Positions 38,343-50,550 are shown, counted from the first letter of the stretch. The stretch: 64,000 nt of DNA from Octopus sinensis (GCF_006345805.1 NC_043002.1:124001-188000), one strand, 5' to 3'. Notes: a model not told the origin generated them from the letters alone. Numbers and translations are program-made.

Positions 38343-38442
38343 AATTAAATGTTGAAGTGAATCTAACGGTTTTTGTGTGTTTTTAAATCACTTACAAACA
38401 CCTTCCACACTGCAATTGTCATACACACACACACACACACAC

Positions 38443-38564
38443 ATAATATAAAGGTTAGAAGAGGGCACCTTATGAGATTACCTTTGGTTTCATGTCCATA
38501 AAGCTGAGCGGACATGAGACCCAAGGTAATCTCATAAACCAGCCTATTCTAACTTTTATATTAT
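38443..38564. repeat. ~120-bp palindrome (hairpin); small MITE or pre-miRNA-like
   Basis: Inner stem 38470-38497 / 38510-38537 of 28 bp (1 mismatch, 1 G-T), 12-nt loop; outer arms ataatataaaggttagaa / ttctaacttttatattat. Confidence 0.8.
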
Positions 38565-39144
38565 AAACTCCTCTATAACATAGAGTCTGCTTCTTTTTTA
38601 TTTTTGTTCTACCAACAATATAAGAAAGTAAAGGGTAAGAAGTAAATGTGTGTGTGTGTGTGTGTGTGTGTGTTAGGCAGTTAAATGTGATTGCAGGTCA
38701 TGGAGTGATCATCAGTTTGCACCAATAAAACGCTTAGCATTACAGCTCTGTTACCAGCCACAACATTTAACTTCCCATAAATTATAATACTACCCTAATA
38801 CTTTAGAGTGTCCTTCTTTTTCCGATATATGAACTACTAATATGTGTTTGTGTGTGAGAGGGGGTGTTTGTGTTTAATCAGTATGCATCAGTTTGTGAAC
38901 AAAAATTCTAAAATGTATTTTTTTACCTTATTAAATAATTACTTAACATAATTTGTATAAATATTCATTACTTAATTGATATCAAGGTTAAAAATGACCT
39001 TCAGGAAAACTGACTTTGATATTTCCAGTTTTTGTAAATCCTACGAGAAAATAAAATCTGTGGTATTTCTTCTTGTGATTTTTGTACTTTTGTTTTCTTT
39101 CTGAAACTAACAAAAAATAAGCAATCGATATTTGGTACTGCATA

Positions 39145-39456
39145 TCATCATCATCATCATGATCAACATTTAACATCCATTGTCCATATGGGTATGGATT
39201 GGATAGTTTGACCAGGGCTGGTAAGCAGAGTGACTGCACCAGACTCCAGTCTGATCTGGTAGGATTTCTACAGCTGGATGCCCTTCCTTATGCCAACCAA
39301 TCCAAGAGTGTAATGAACACTTTTTGGTGCCTCCAGCATGGGTGCCAGCCGCATCAGACCAGTATCTGCCATGGATATCTGCCAATGATTTCACTTGGCT
39401 TCATGGATCTTCTCAAGAATGACATAATACCAAACGTCTCGGTCATTGCTTCTGTG
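39145..39456 (-). mobile_element. RTE-tailed SINE / RTE 3' end fragment
   Basis: (CAT)n followed by the reverse complement of the shared tail (ctacagctggatgcccttcct..gccaacc). Confidence 0.8.
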
Positions 39457-39679
39457 TAATTTTGAAACAATTAAAGAAGCAAAAAAATGAAAAAAAACTT
39501 TTATATATGTATATATATAGACAATAAATTTGAAGTATACAAATAAACAAAAACAATAAGGTACACTTTTGTCATAACAGAGAAGATATAGACTTGTACA
39601 CACGGAACCCCAGTAAAAGAGAGAGAAAAAAAAGAGTAATTCTACGTAGTAGTGAAACAGGGCCCCTAAATGTAGAGAC

Positions 39680-40244
39680 ATGCAAAGGCTAGAGAGGAAT
39701 GAGGTTAGTATGCTCCACAAGATGTGTAAGGTAAGTGTTCATGTGCAACAGAGTGCTAGTGTTTTGAGAGAGATGTTGGACAGAAGAGGAATTGGATGCA
39801 ATGCGCCAGAGAGAAGACTGTGCTGGTTTGGTCATGTGATGCAGAGGGATGCTGACAGCGCCATAAAGAGTTGTTATTCACTCAAAGTGGATGGAACCTG
39901 TGGAAAAGCAAAACCGAGGAAGACATGGAGCAACGTACTGAATAATGACCCCAGAACGCTGAACCTTTCAGACGAGGTGACAGATGACTGAGATACTTGG
40001 GGCCTTGCTGTACTCAAGAAGACCCGTCATCCTCCACAGCAGAAGTGCTACCCCCCCCCCCCATTAAGAGAATTGGCCTGCAAGAGTCCTGTACCGGTGC
40101 CATGTAAAAAGCACTGATGCCACACATTGCAAAGGGATTGACATTAGGAAAAGCATCCAGCCATAAATATCAAGCGAAATCAGACTGGAACCCTTGTTTG
40201 CAACCCATGGAGAACGGCCATTGCAGGATGATGATGATGATGAT
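39680..40244 (+). mobile_element. 5'-truncated RTE LINE 3' end, diverged
   Basis: RLERNEVSMLHKMC...ERRLCWFGHVM...DGTCGKAKPRKTW then (GAT)n tail. Confidence 0.85.
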
Positions 40245-40412
40245 TATGTGTGTATACTTAATGCACATGTATCAAGTATACACACATTGTATGTGTATAG
40301 TTTTTAGTGTATATATGTGTGTGTGTGTGTGGCATTCATTTTTTGTTTTAATATATGATACTGTACCAAGGATGTTCTATTTGTAATATTCTCTGGATTT
40401 GTACAAGGTAGG

Positions 40413-41030
40413 ATGGCTAATACACGATCAAAATCATTTGCTAAATCACTGAGATCTGAAGCATTATTAGAGGACATTTTCAAAAAACTCTCAATCAAGA
40501 TAAATAAATACAAATCTCTTACTAATGTTTTCCATGAAATGAAACAAGAAACACAGATTTATAGAGAAACAGTTAATTCCCTTATTACAGACCATTATCA
40601 ATTTGCATACCAAAATGTAACTCCTGAAATGGCTACCCACAACTGAAATTCAACCATGCTAAACATATTAAAAGAATGGAATGAACTTCTTGGAAAAGGA
40701 AGTCAGATGAAAAATATGTAGAGCAGTTTATTAACTAAAGGAAAATAAGCATAAAAAATGAAAACTTAGCCAACACAGAACAGTGGGGGAGTAGAGAAGA
40801 AATAATACTCGCAAGAAAATTTTTTGTATTAAAGAAATAATGTTGGAACCAAAGAATTGAAGACTCATCTCAATCCAGGACTACAGAGATTTGAGGCTGA
40901 AATCACATTGTTTCACTTTAGAGTAAAAAAACTTCCGAAAGAAATTTGGAAAATATGACATATACAAGAAGAAATTAGCAAAAGAACCAGTGGGAATACA
41001 CAGGGATTTTCCTATTCTTCTAAATATAAT
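40413..41030 (+). pseudogene. Frameshifted coding-like remnant, possibly a LINE ORF1
   Basis: 77-aa ORF MANTRSK... followed by broken frames (RLISIQDYRDLRLKSH.., KKFGKYDIYKKKLAK.., EYTGIFL); family not recognised. Confidence 0.25.
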
Positions 41031-43804
41031 TATCATCAAAATTTTTCATCAAACATTTATCATCAAACATTTTCGTCAAACATTTGCATCAAACATTATC
41101 ATCAAACATTTTCATCAAACATTATCATTAAACATTATCATCAAACATTTTCATCAAACATTATCATTAAACATTATCATAAAACATTTATCATCAAACA
41201 TTTTCATCAAACATGTATCATCAAACATTTTCAGCAAACATTGTCATCAAACATTCATCATAAAACATTTATCATCAAACATGTATCATCAAACATTTAT
41301 CATCAAAATTTTTCTTAAACATTTTCTTCAAACCCTTTCATCAAACATTTTCATCAAACATTTATCATCAAACATTTTCATCAAACATTATCGTCAAACA
41401 TTTTCATCAAACATTATCATTAAACATTATCATCAAACATTTTCATCAAACATTATCATTAAACATTATCATAAAACATTATCATAAAACATTTATCATC
41501 AAACATCATCAAACATTTTCATCAAACATGTATCATCAAACATTTTCAGCAAACATTGTCATCAAACATTTATCATCAAGCATTTATCATCAAACATTTT
41601 CATCAAACATTTTTATCAAACATTTTCATCAAATATTTTCATCAAACATTTTCATTAAATATTTATCATCAAATATTTTTATCAAACATTTTTATCAAAC
41701 ATTTTCATCAAACATTTTTTTCAAACATTTTCATCAAATATTTTCATCAAACATTTGTCATCAAACATTTTCGTCAAACATTTATCATCAAACATTTTCA
41801 TCAAACATCATAAAACATCATCAAACATTTATCATCAAAACACTTAGCAAACATTTTCATCAAACATTTTCATCAAACATTATCATGAAACATTTTCATC
41901 AAACATTTATCATCAAACATTTATCATCAAATATTTTCATCAAACATTTATCATCAAACATTTTTATCAAACATTATCGTCAAACATTTTCATCAAACAT
42001 TATCATAAAACATTTAACATCAAACATCATCAAAATATTCATCAAACATTTTCATCAAACATGTATCATCAAACATTTTCATCAAACATTGTCATTAAAC
42101 ATTTATCATCAAAATTTTCCTAAAACATTTTCTTCAAACACTTTCATCAAACATTTTCATCAAACATTTATCATCAAAAATTTTTATCAAACATTTTCAT
42201 CAAACATTTTCAGAAAACATTTTCATCAAACATGTATCATCAAACATTTATCATCAAAATTTTCATCAAACACATTCATCAAACATTTTCATCAAGCATT
42301 TATCATCAAACATTTTCATCAAGCATTTATCATGAAACATTTTCATCAAACATTTTCTTCAAACACTTTTATCAAACATTTATCATCAAATATGTTCATC
42401 AAACATCATGAAACATTATCATCAAGTATTTTCTTCAAACATTTATCACCAAAATTTTCATCAAACATTTATCAACAAACATTTTCATCAAACATTTATC
42501 CTCAAACAATTTTCATCAAACATTTATCATCAAATATTTCAATAATAATTGAAATAATAATACAAATATCATCAAACAGTTTCATCAAACATTTATCATC
42601 AAATATTTGTCATCGAACATTTTCATTAAACATTTATCAACATACATTTATCATCAAACATTTTCATCAAACATTATTATCAAACATTTTCATCAAACAT
42701 TTTTATCTAACATTTTCATCAAACATTATTATCAAACATTTTCATCAAACATTTTAATCAAAAAATTTCATCAAACATTTTCATCAAACATTATTATCAA
42801 ACATTTTCATCGAACATTTTCATCAAACATTATTATCAAACATTCTCATCAAACATATTTATGAAACCTTTTCATCAAACATGTATCATCAAACATTTTC
42901 ATCAAACATTTATCATCAAACATTTTGGTCATACATTTTCATCAAACATTTTCATCAAACATTTTCATCAAACATTTTAATCAAACATTTTCATCAAACA
43001 TTTTCATCAAACATTTATCATCAAACTTTTCATCAAACATTATCATCAAACATTTTCGTCAAAATTTTATCATCAAACATTATCATCAAATATTTTCGTC
43101 AAACTTTTATCATCAAACATATATCATCAAACATTTTCATGAAACGTTTACGTTCAAACATTTCTCATCAAACATTTATTAGCAAAATTTTCATCAAAGA
43201 TTTATCATCAAACATTTTGATCATACATTTTCATCAAACATTTTAATCAAATATTTTCGTCAAACATTTTCATCAAACATGTATCATCAAACATTTTCAT
43301 CAAACATTTATCATCAAACATTTTCATCAAACATTATCATCAAACATTTTCGTCAAACTTTTATCATCAAACATATATCATCAAACATATTCATCAAACG
43401 TTTATGTTCAAACATTTCCCAGCAAAATTTTCATCAAAGATTTATCATCAAACATTTTGATCAAACATTTATCCTCAAACAAATTTCATCAAACATTTAT
43501 CATCAAATATTTCAATAATAATTGAAATAATAATACAAATAATAATACAAATATCATCAGTTTCATCAAAAATTTATCATCAAATATTTGTCATCGAACA
43601 TTTTCATTAAACATTTATGAACATACATTTATCATCAAACATTTTCATCAAACATTTTCATCAAACATTCATCATCAAACATTTTCATCAAACATTATCA
43701 TCAAACATTTTCGTCAAACTTTTATCATCAAACATTTTATCATCAAATATTTTCATCAAAAGTTTATGTTCAAACATTTCTCATCAAACATTTATTAGCA
43801 AAAT

Positions 43805-44197
43805 AATAGTTATCGCTATACTAATATGGCATTCTTATAAAAACAAGTGGATGTATTCCACCGAAACTAGGTAAATAAAACCATCGAACGGAGATTGTCG
43901 GAAGCGACACCTACTGGCTGGCTACGCTGCATTGAAAAGGGGCAATACCCCGAAACGCGTCTGTAGCTGCCGGTCAAGTAGTGTGGAGCGACTGACCTCC
44001 CTTGTTCGAAGGTTATTTGGATACAGTTTGTGTATCAAATAGCTAACTTAAGGCGATGGCCTCATGGAGCTAATAAGCGGACTGCTTTTTTCTTATTTTT
44101 ATAAGAATGCCATATTAGTATAGCGATAACTAATATTTTCCGGGAACGCTGCCGCTGTTCTCTTTTAGAGAGACTTAGTTATTTTAATATTTCTATT
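43805..44197 (+). mobile_element. 393-bp non-coding hammerhead-bearing insertion (Penelope-like / retrozyme-like)
   Basis: 15-bp TSD ATTTATTAGCAAAAT at 43790-43804 and 44198-44212; perfect 36-bp inverted repeat 43808-43843 / 44096-44131; hammerhead at 43926-43967. Confidence 0.8.
43926..43967 (+). ncRNA. Minimal type I hammerhead ribozyme, U3-A8 variant
   Basis: GCTGCA-TTGAAAA-GGGG(CAATA)CCCC-GAA-ACGCGT-C-TGTAGC: 6-bp stem I, 4-bp stem II, palindromic stem III, GTC triplet (C43961). Confidence 0.75.
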
Positions 44198-45327
44198 ATT
44201 TATTAGCAAAATTTTCATCAAAGATTTATCATCAAACATTTTGATCAAACATTTTCATCAGACATTTTCATCAGACATTTTCATCAAACATTAATATCAA
44301 ACATTTACATCAAACATTTTTATCAAACATTTTCATCAAACATTTTCATCAAACATGTAGCATCAAACATTATCATCAAACATTTTCATCAAACATTATC
44401 ATCAAACATTTTCATCAAACGTTTACGTTCAAACATTTATTAGCAAAATTTTCATCAAAGATTTATCATCAAACATTTTGATCATACATTTTCATCAAAC
44501 ATTTTCATCAAACATTTTAATCAAAAATTTTCATCAAACATTTTCATCAAACATTTATCATCAAACATTTTCATCAAACATTATCATCAAACATTTTAGT
44601 CAAAATTTTATCATCAAACATTATCATCAAATGTTTTCGTCAAACTTTTATCATCAAACATATATCATCAAACATTTGCATCAAACGTCTACGTTCAAAC
44701 ATTTCTCAAACATTTATTAGCAAAATTTTCATCAAAGATTTATCATCAAACATTTTCATCAAGCATTTTATCATCAAACATTTATCAAATATTTTCATCA
44801 AACATTTATCCACAAACATTTATCAGCAAACATTTTAATCAAAAAAATTCATCTGACATTTTCATCAAACATTATTATCAAACATTTTCATCAAACATTT
44901 TCATATAACATTTTCTTCAAACATTATCAAACATTTTCATATAACATTTTCATCAAACATTATTATCAAATACTTTTATCAAACATTTTCATGAAACATT
45001 TATCATCAAACATTTTCATCAAACATTATCATCAAACATTTTGATCAAACATTTTCATCAAACATTTTCGGCAAACATTTATCATCAAACATTTTCATCA
45101 AACATTTTCATCAAACATTTTCATCAAACATTATCATCAAACATTATCATCAAACATTTTCATCAAACATTTTCATCAAACATTTTCATCAAACATTTTC
45201 ATCAAACATTTTCATCAAACATTAATATCAAACAGTAGTAGTAATAGTAATAGTAGTACGAGTAGTAGTAGTAGTTATAGTAAAAGTAATATCAGTTGTA
45301 ATAGTAATAATAATAATAATAATAATA

Positions 45328-48300
45328 GGCTCCGAAACCTATCCACAAACATCGAAAACAAGGACATCCTATGGAGCCAAAGTTTTACTAACAAAGAATT
45401 GGACTGTATCCGAGTAAGTAATACAAATTGAAATTTATTACTATTTTCGAAACGAAATGATGTATTTTGACTCGATATCATCTCCACCTCTAACGCAACA
45501 CATGTAAACATGCGTGAAACATCACGATCATCTCCGACCCCAAACACCATGTACAAAGGAACTACGAAGAAATTAAATGCCACCGATACTATTCAACCCA
45601 AGAATAACAATCGAGCGGTACGTACATTAAACCTGCAACAAAAAATGTACGAAAAACTACACGTGCGAAATAATGTGACAACAGAAATAAACGGACCGGT
45701 ACCCTACGAAAATGACGACCGTCAAAATAATGGGCCGGACGTTGTACCTCATGTCCCGCAAATAAAACCCAAAAGACGTAAATGGACACGTGAGGAATAC
45801 ATTTCTATCTTACACGCATACTTCACAGCAGTACTCTACCCAAAAAATGAAAATACAACAACACATACATATAAAATATGGAAGGAAAATAATAGAGATT
45901 TAGACTTGGATACAGCAATGAACCCTAATAAATTAGCTAACGTACGAAGATACATTCTCAACACAAAAAAAATATCAGAATAGAAATAGAACACCTAAAA
46001 GAAAACATACACCAGGAAAATGTAGATAGAAGCCACACAACAATGCCCAATAATATAAACACTGAAACTGTAAAACACGAAGACAAACGCAACATTCCCA
46101 ACAAACACGATGTAAACAACGAAGGGGAGCCTAATGATTATGATAATATAAAAAATAAAATAATCAAAGAACTAAAAACCACAGAGCTCAAAATAGACCA
46201 CCGACCATACCTCCCAAGAATAAAAATAAACGCAATAACAACACCAATTATAAACAACATAAACCTAGCCGTCACTGAACTAGCCACTGAAACAAAAAAA
46301 AAGTGATATCACTGAACTAAATGACTTGATATACGCAGCAGCCACTGCAGCCACAAAAGAAGCTGGATACTCACCCAAACCCGCCCAAACAGGAGTACCA
46401 CCACCCAAAACAACCCTGTGGATAAATAACATCCAAAACAAAATAAAAAAAATTAGAAAAGACCTGTCGATTCTTAATGAAATCAGCAAACAAGCAACGC
46501 TACTGAGCAACAAAAAGAGAACAAAAATGCTCCGCAAATATAACACCACAGAAAAAGATTTGCAGGAGATAAAAGAAAAGCTGAAGCAAGATATCCTTGC
46601 CAAAGCTCAAAGGATCCGCCGGTATGAGAAACGCCAACGCTTCTTTGAACAGAACAAAAAGTTCAACTCCGACCCCAAAAAGTTCTACCAAGAACTGGGC
46701 AAAAATAAAATAGAAGTCACTGCAGCACCAATGGCAGAAGAATTGGAAGAATTCTGGGGAGAAATATGGTCGGCGAACGAACCACCAAAAAAAAAGGAGT
46801 ATCAAAATAACAAACTCGGCATCTGAACAAACTTGGACCCCCATAACAACTGAAGAGGTCACCCAGGCACTGCAAAGACTAAGCAACTGGAAGGCACCTG
46901 GGCATGACAAGATCCCCAACTTCTGGTTGAAATATCTAACAGGAATGCACAAAAAGCTGGCTGAAAACTTTAACAACGTACTAGCAGAGCCAGAGACAAT
47001 GCCTGAATGGCTCACGAAGGGGAAAACCATCTTAATTCCCAAATCAAATGAAACAGAAAAACCAGAAAACTACAGACCAATAACCTGCCTCCCTACTATG
47101 TTCAAGGCATTTACTGCAGTGATATCACAAAGGCTGAACAAGCACCTGGACGAAAACAAACTGTTCCCAGAAGAGCAGAAAGGATGCCGCAAAGGCTCAT
47201 ATGGCTGTAAAGATCAACTAATGATTAATAAAGCCATAACTGAAGACAGCCACAGAAAGAAGAAAGGCCTCAGTATGGCCTGGATTGACTACAAAAAGGC
47301 GTTTAATAGCATCCCCCACACATGGATCCTCGAAACACTAGCCATTAACAAAGTAGCACCAACAATCATAAAATTCATAGAGCACTCTATGAATAAATGG
47401 CAAACAGTCCTACACCTCCAAACAAAAGAGGGACTCATGAAACAGAGCTGGGACTCATGAAAACCAAAGACATCCCCATTAGAAGAGGAATATTCCAGGG
47501 AGATACACTCTCTCCACTCCTTTTCTGCTTGGCACTGTCACCTCTATCTGATATGCTAAATAGAACTGGATGCGGATATAAATGTTACGGCAAAACGATC
47601 AGCCACCTTTTATATATGGATGACCTAAAACTATACGCTGCAAATGACAAACAGCTGGAAACACTATTAAAGACAGTTCATGGATTTACCAAAGAAATAG
47701 ATATGAAATTTGGATTAGAAAAATGCGCCAAAGTAACCATGAAAAGAGGAAAACTAGTTAAGAGTAACAACATCACACTAGATGAAGCAAATGAAATAAA
47801 AGAATTAGACCAAAGCCAAACTTACAAATACTTAGGAATCCATGAACTAGATAAGACACAACACACACAAATGAAAGAGAAAATAAAAAAGAATATTATA
47901 GACGAGTTAGATCAATACTAAACACAGAGCTCAATGCTAAAAACAAGATAATAGGTATTAACACTTTAGCTGTCCCAGTTATAAGTTACAGCTACAATAT
48001 CCTTAACTGGACACGAAATGAACTGACCAAAATAGACAGGAAAACAGAAAAATAATGACAGGATCTAGGATGCATCACCCAAAATCTGACATAGAAAGAC
48101 TATATATACAACGTATAGAAGGTGGTAGAGGCCTTATACAGCTGGAAAACTACTATAAAATAACCACCATAGGACTGCAAAAATATCTACTTCAGAAGGA
48201 AGGAAAACTGATCCAGATAGCGGCAAAACACGAGCAAAACAAAAACTGTTCTCAGTATTTAAGGAAGCTGACAAATACAAACAAGAAATCATACCACCTA

Positions 48301-49273
48301 ATAAACATGAAGAAGAAGAAGAAGAAGATGAAGAAACAACAAAAGCTATAAAAAAATGAAATCCAAACTAAAATAGAACAGTAACGAACCATGATAAAAC
48401 GATGGCAAGAAAAGCCCCTTCATGGTAAATACTGGACTAAACTAAACGCAAAAGAAATAGACAAAGAAAAATCCCAGCAATGGTTGAGAAGCTCAGGACT
48501 CAAAGCAGAAACAGAGGGATTTTTAATTGCAGCACAAGACCAAAGCCTCCCCACCAGAAATTACCAAAAACATGTAATGAAAAGAAATATTACAAGTAAC
48601 TGCAGAATATGTGGAGATGGACAAGAAACAATAAATCATATTATCTCTAGCTGCCCAGTCCTGGCTAAGAAGGAATATATTCACAGACACGACAGAGTTG
48701 GAACTTACATACATTGGAAGCTATGCCAACATTATGGAATAACAACAGAAAAAAGATGGTATAGGCACACACCAGAAAAGGTCACAGAAAACGAGAAAGC
48801 AACCATACTCTGGGATATGCCGATACACACAGATAGAGAAATTAAGGCCAACAGACCAGATATAGTTGTCAGAGACCATGAAGAAAAAAAATGCTTTCTA
48901 ATTGATGTATCAGTACCGGCAGATGACAACGTGTCTCTAAAAGAAATGGAGAAACTCTCAAAATACAAAGACCTGGAAATAGAGGTAACTAGAATGTGGA
49001 ATCTGAAAACAGAAACAATTCCTATCATAGTAGGTGCATTAGGCATGATAAAAAAATATTCAGACAAATACATAACAAAAACACCAGGACTTACAAACAC
49101 ATATAACATACAGAAAATTGCACTACTAGGCACTGCACACATCCTACGCAGAACAATTTCCATACAATAACCATCAGAGCATCACAACAAATCACAGCAC
49201 ATACCCAAGGCACACAGAGCTGCGCTCGGTAGTGAAGTGAAAGCACGCTATAAAAATAAAAATAAAACTACTG
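45328..49273 (+). mobile_element. Near full-length R4/Dong-like RLE non-LTR retrotransposon, frameshifted
   Basis: Myb-like RRKWTREE; RT NYRPITCLPT, AWIDYKKAFNS, IFQGDTLSPLLF, LLYMDDLK, YKYLG; CCHC CRICGDGQETINHIISSC; RLE RHD..RPDIV..IDVSVP..EKLSKYKDL; flanked by (TAA)n at both ends. Confidence 0.95.
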
Positions 49274-49274
49274 A

Positions 49275-49309
<35 letters not shown>

Positions 49310-49922
49310 AGTAGAAGTAATGGTAATAGTTATAATAATAATAGTACTAGTAGCTGTAGTAGTAATTGTAGTAATAGTAGTAGTAGTAGTAATAGTAATA
49401 GAAATATTAATAGTAATAATAAAAGTATTCATAATAATAATTATATAGTAATAGTAATGATAATAATAATAATGATAATAGTAGTAGTAGAAAAAGTAAT
49501 AGTAGTATTAGTAGTAATTGTAATAGTAATAGTAATAGAAATATTAATAATAATAATAACAATAATATTAATAAGAATAATATTAATGATATTAATATTA
49601 AAAATAATAGTAGGAGTGGTAGTAGTAGTAGTAGTAGTAGTAGTAGAAATAGTATTAGTAATAGTAATAATAATAATGATTATAATAATGATAATGATAA
49701 TGATAATACTAATAATAATAATAATAACAATAATAATGGTAATGATAATATTGATAATGATTATAGTAGTAGTAGTAGCAATAGTAGTAGGAGTAGTATT
49801 TGTAATAATAATAAAAATAACAACAATAATAATAATAGTAGTAGTAGTAATCGTAATACTAATAGTAATAGTAATAATAAAAATAATAAATGTAGTAGTA
49901 GTAGTAGTAGTAGGTATAGTAG

Positions 49923-49956
<34 letters not shown>

Positions 49957-50550
49957 AATATTAATAATATTAATAATTATAATAATAGTAGTAATTGTAG
50001 TAGTATTTGTAATAGTAGTAATAATATTGATAATAATTACTATTACTAATACTACTGCTACTACTAATACTACTACTACTACTACTGGTACTACTACTAC
50101 TTCTTTTATTAATAATATTATTACTATTATTATTACTACTACTACTATTACTACTAGCACTACTATATTATTATTATTACTATTACTATTAATATTACTA
50201 TTATTATTTCTATTACTTTTACGACTACTACAACTATTACTACTACTACTTCTACTATTATTATTATTACTATTACTAGTACGACTACAACTACTACAAT
50301 TACTACTCCTACTTTTATTATTATTATTATCATTATTAATATTATTACTATTACTATAACTATTACTACTACACTTATCAATATTATTATTATTAATAAT
50401 GTTACTACTACTATTACTACTACTACTACTATTTATTATTATTAATATTATTATTACTATTACAATTTATATTTCTATTTCTATTGCTATTAATATTACT
50501 ATTACTACTACTACTACTAATAATACTACTACAACTACTACTACGATAAA

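Larger units (their letters stand above)
38060..38419. mobile_element. Inverted pair of hammerhead-bearing repeat fragments (Penelope-like pLTR arrangement inferred)
   Basis: 38116-38245 and 38296-38419 are ~125-bp imperfect inverted repeats separated by ~50 bp; each carries a hammerhead-like motif. Confidence 0.6.
41031..45233 (+). repeat. Degenerate satellite of a 13-14-bp unit (CATCAAACATTTT / CATCAAACATTTAT), interrupted at 43805-44197
   Basis: Directly visible; G-poor plus strand. Confidence 0.97.

Noticed and set aside
40990-45238. His/Gln/Phe-rich ORFs (e.g. 41528-42757, 409 aa)
   Set aside because: Translation of the G-poor 13-14-bp satellite, which rarely forms stop codons.
45328-45420. 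Possible HDV-like ribozyme at the 5' end of the R4/Dong element (GGCTCC...GGAGCC pairing)
   Set aside because: Only a P1-like helix is visible; I could not place P3/L3, P1.1 or the catalytic J4/2 C.
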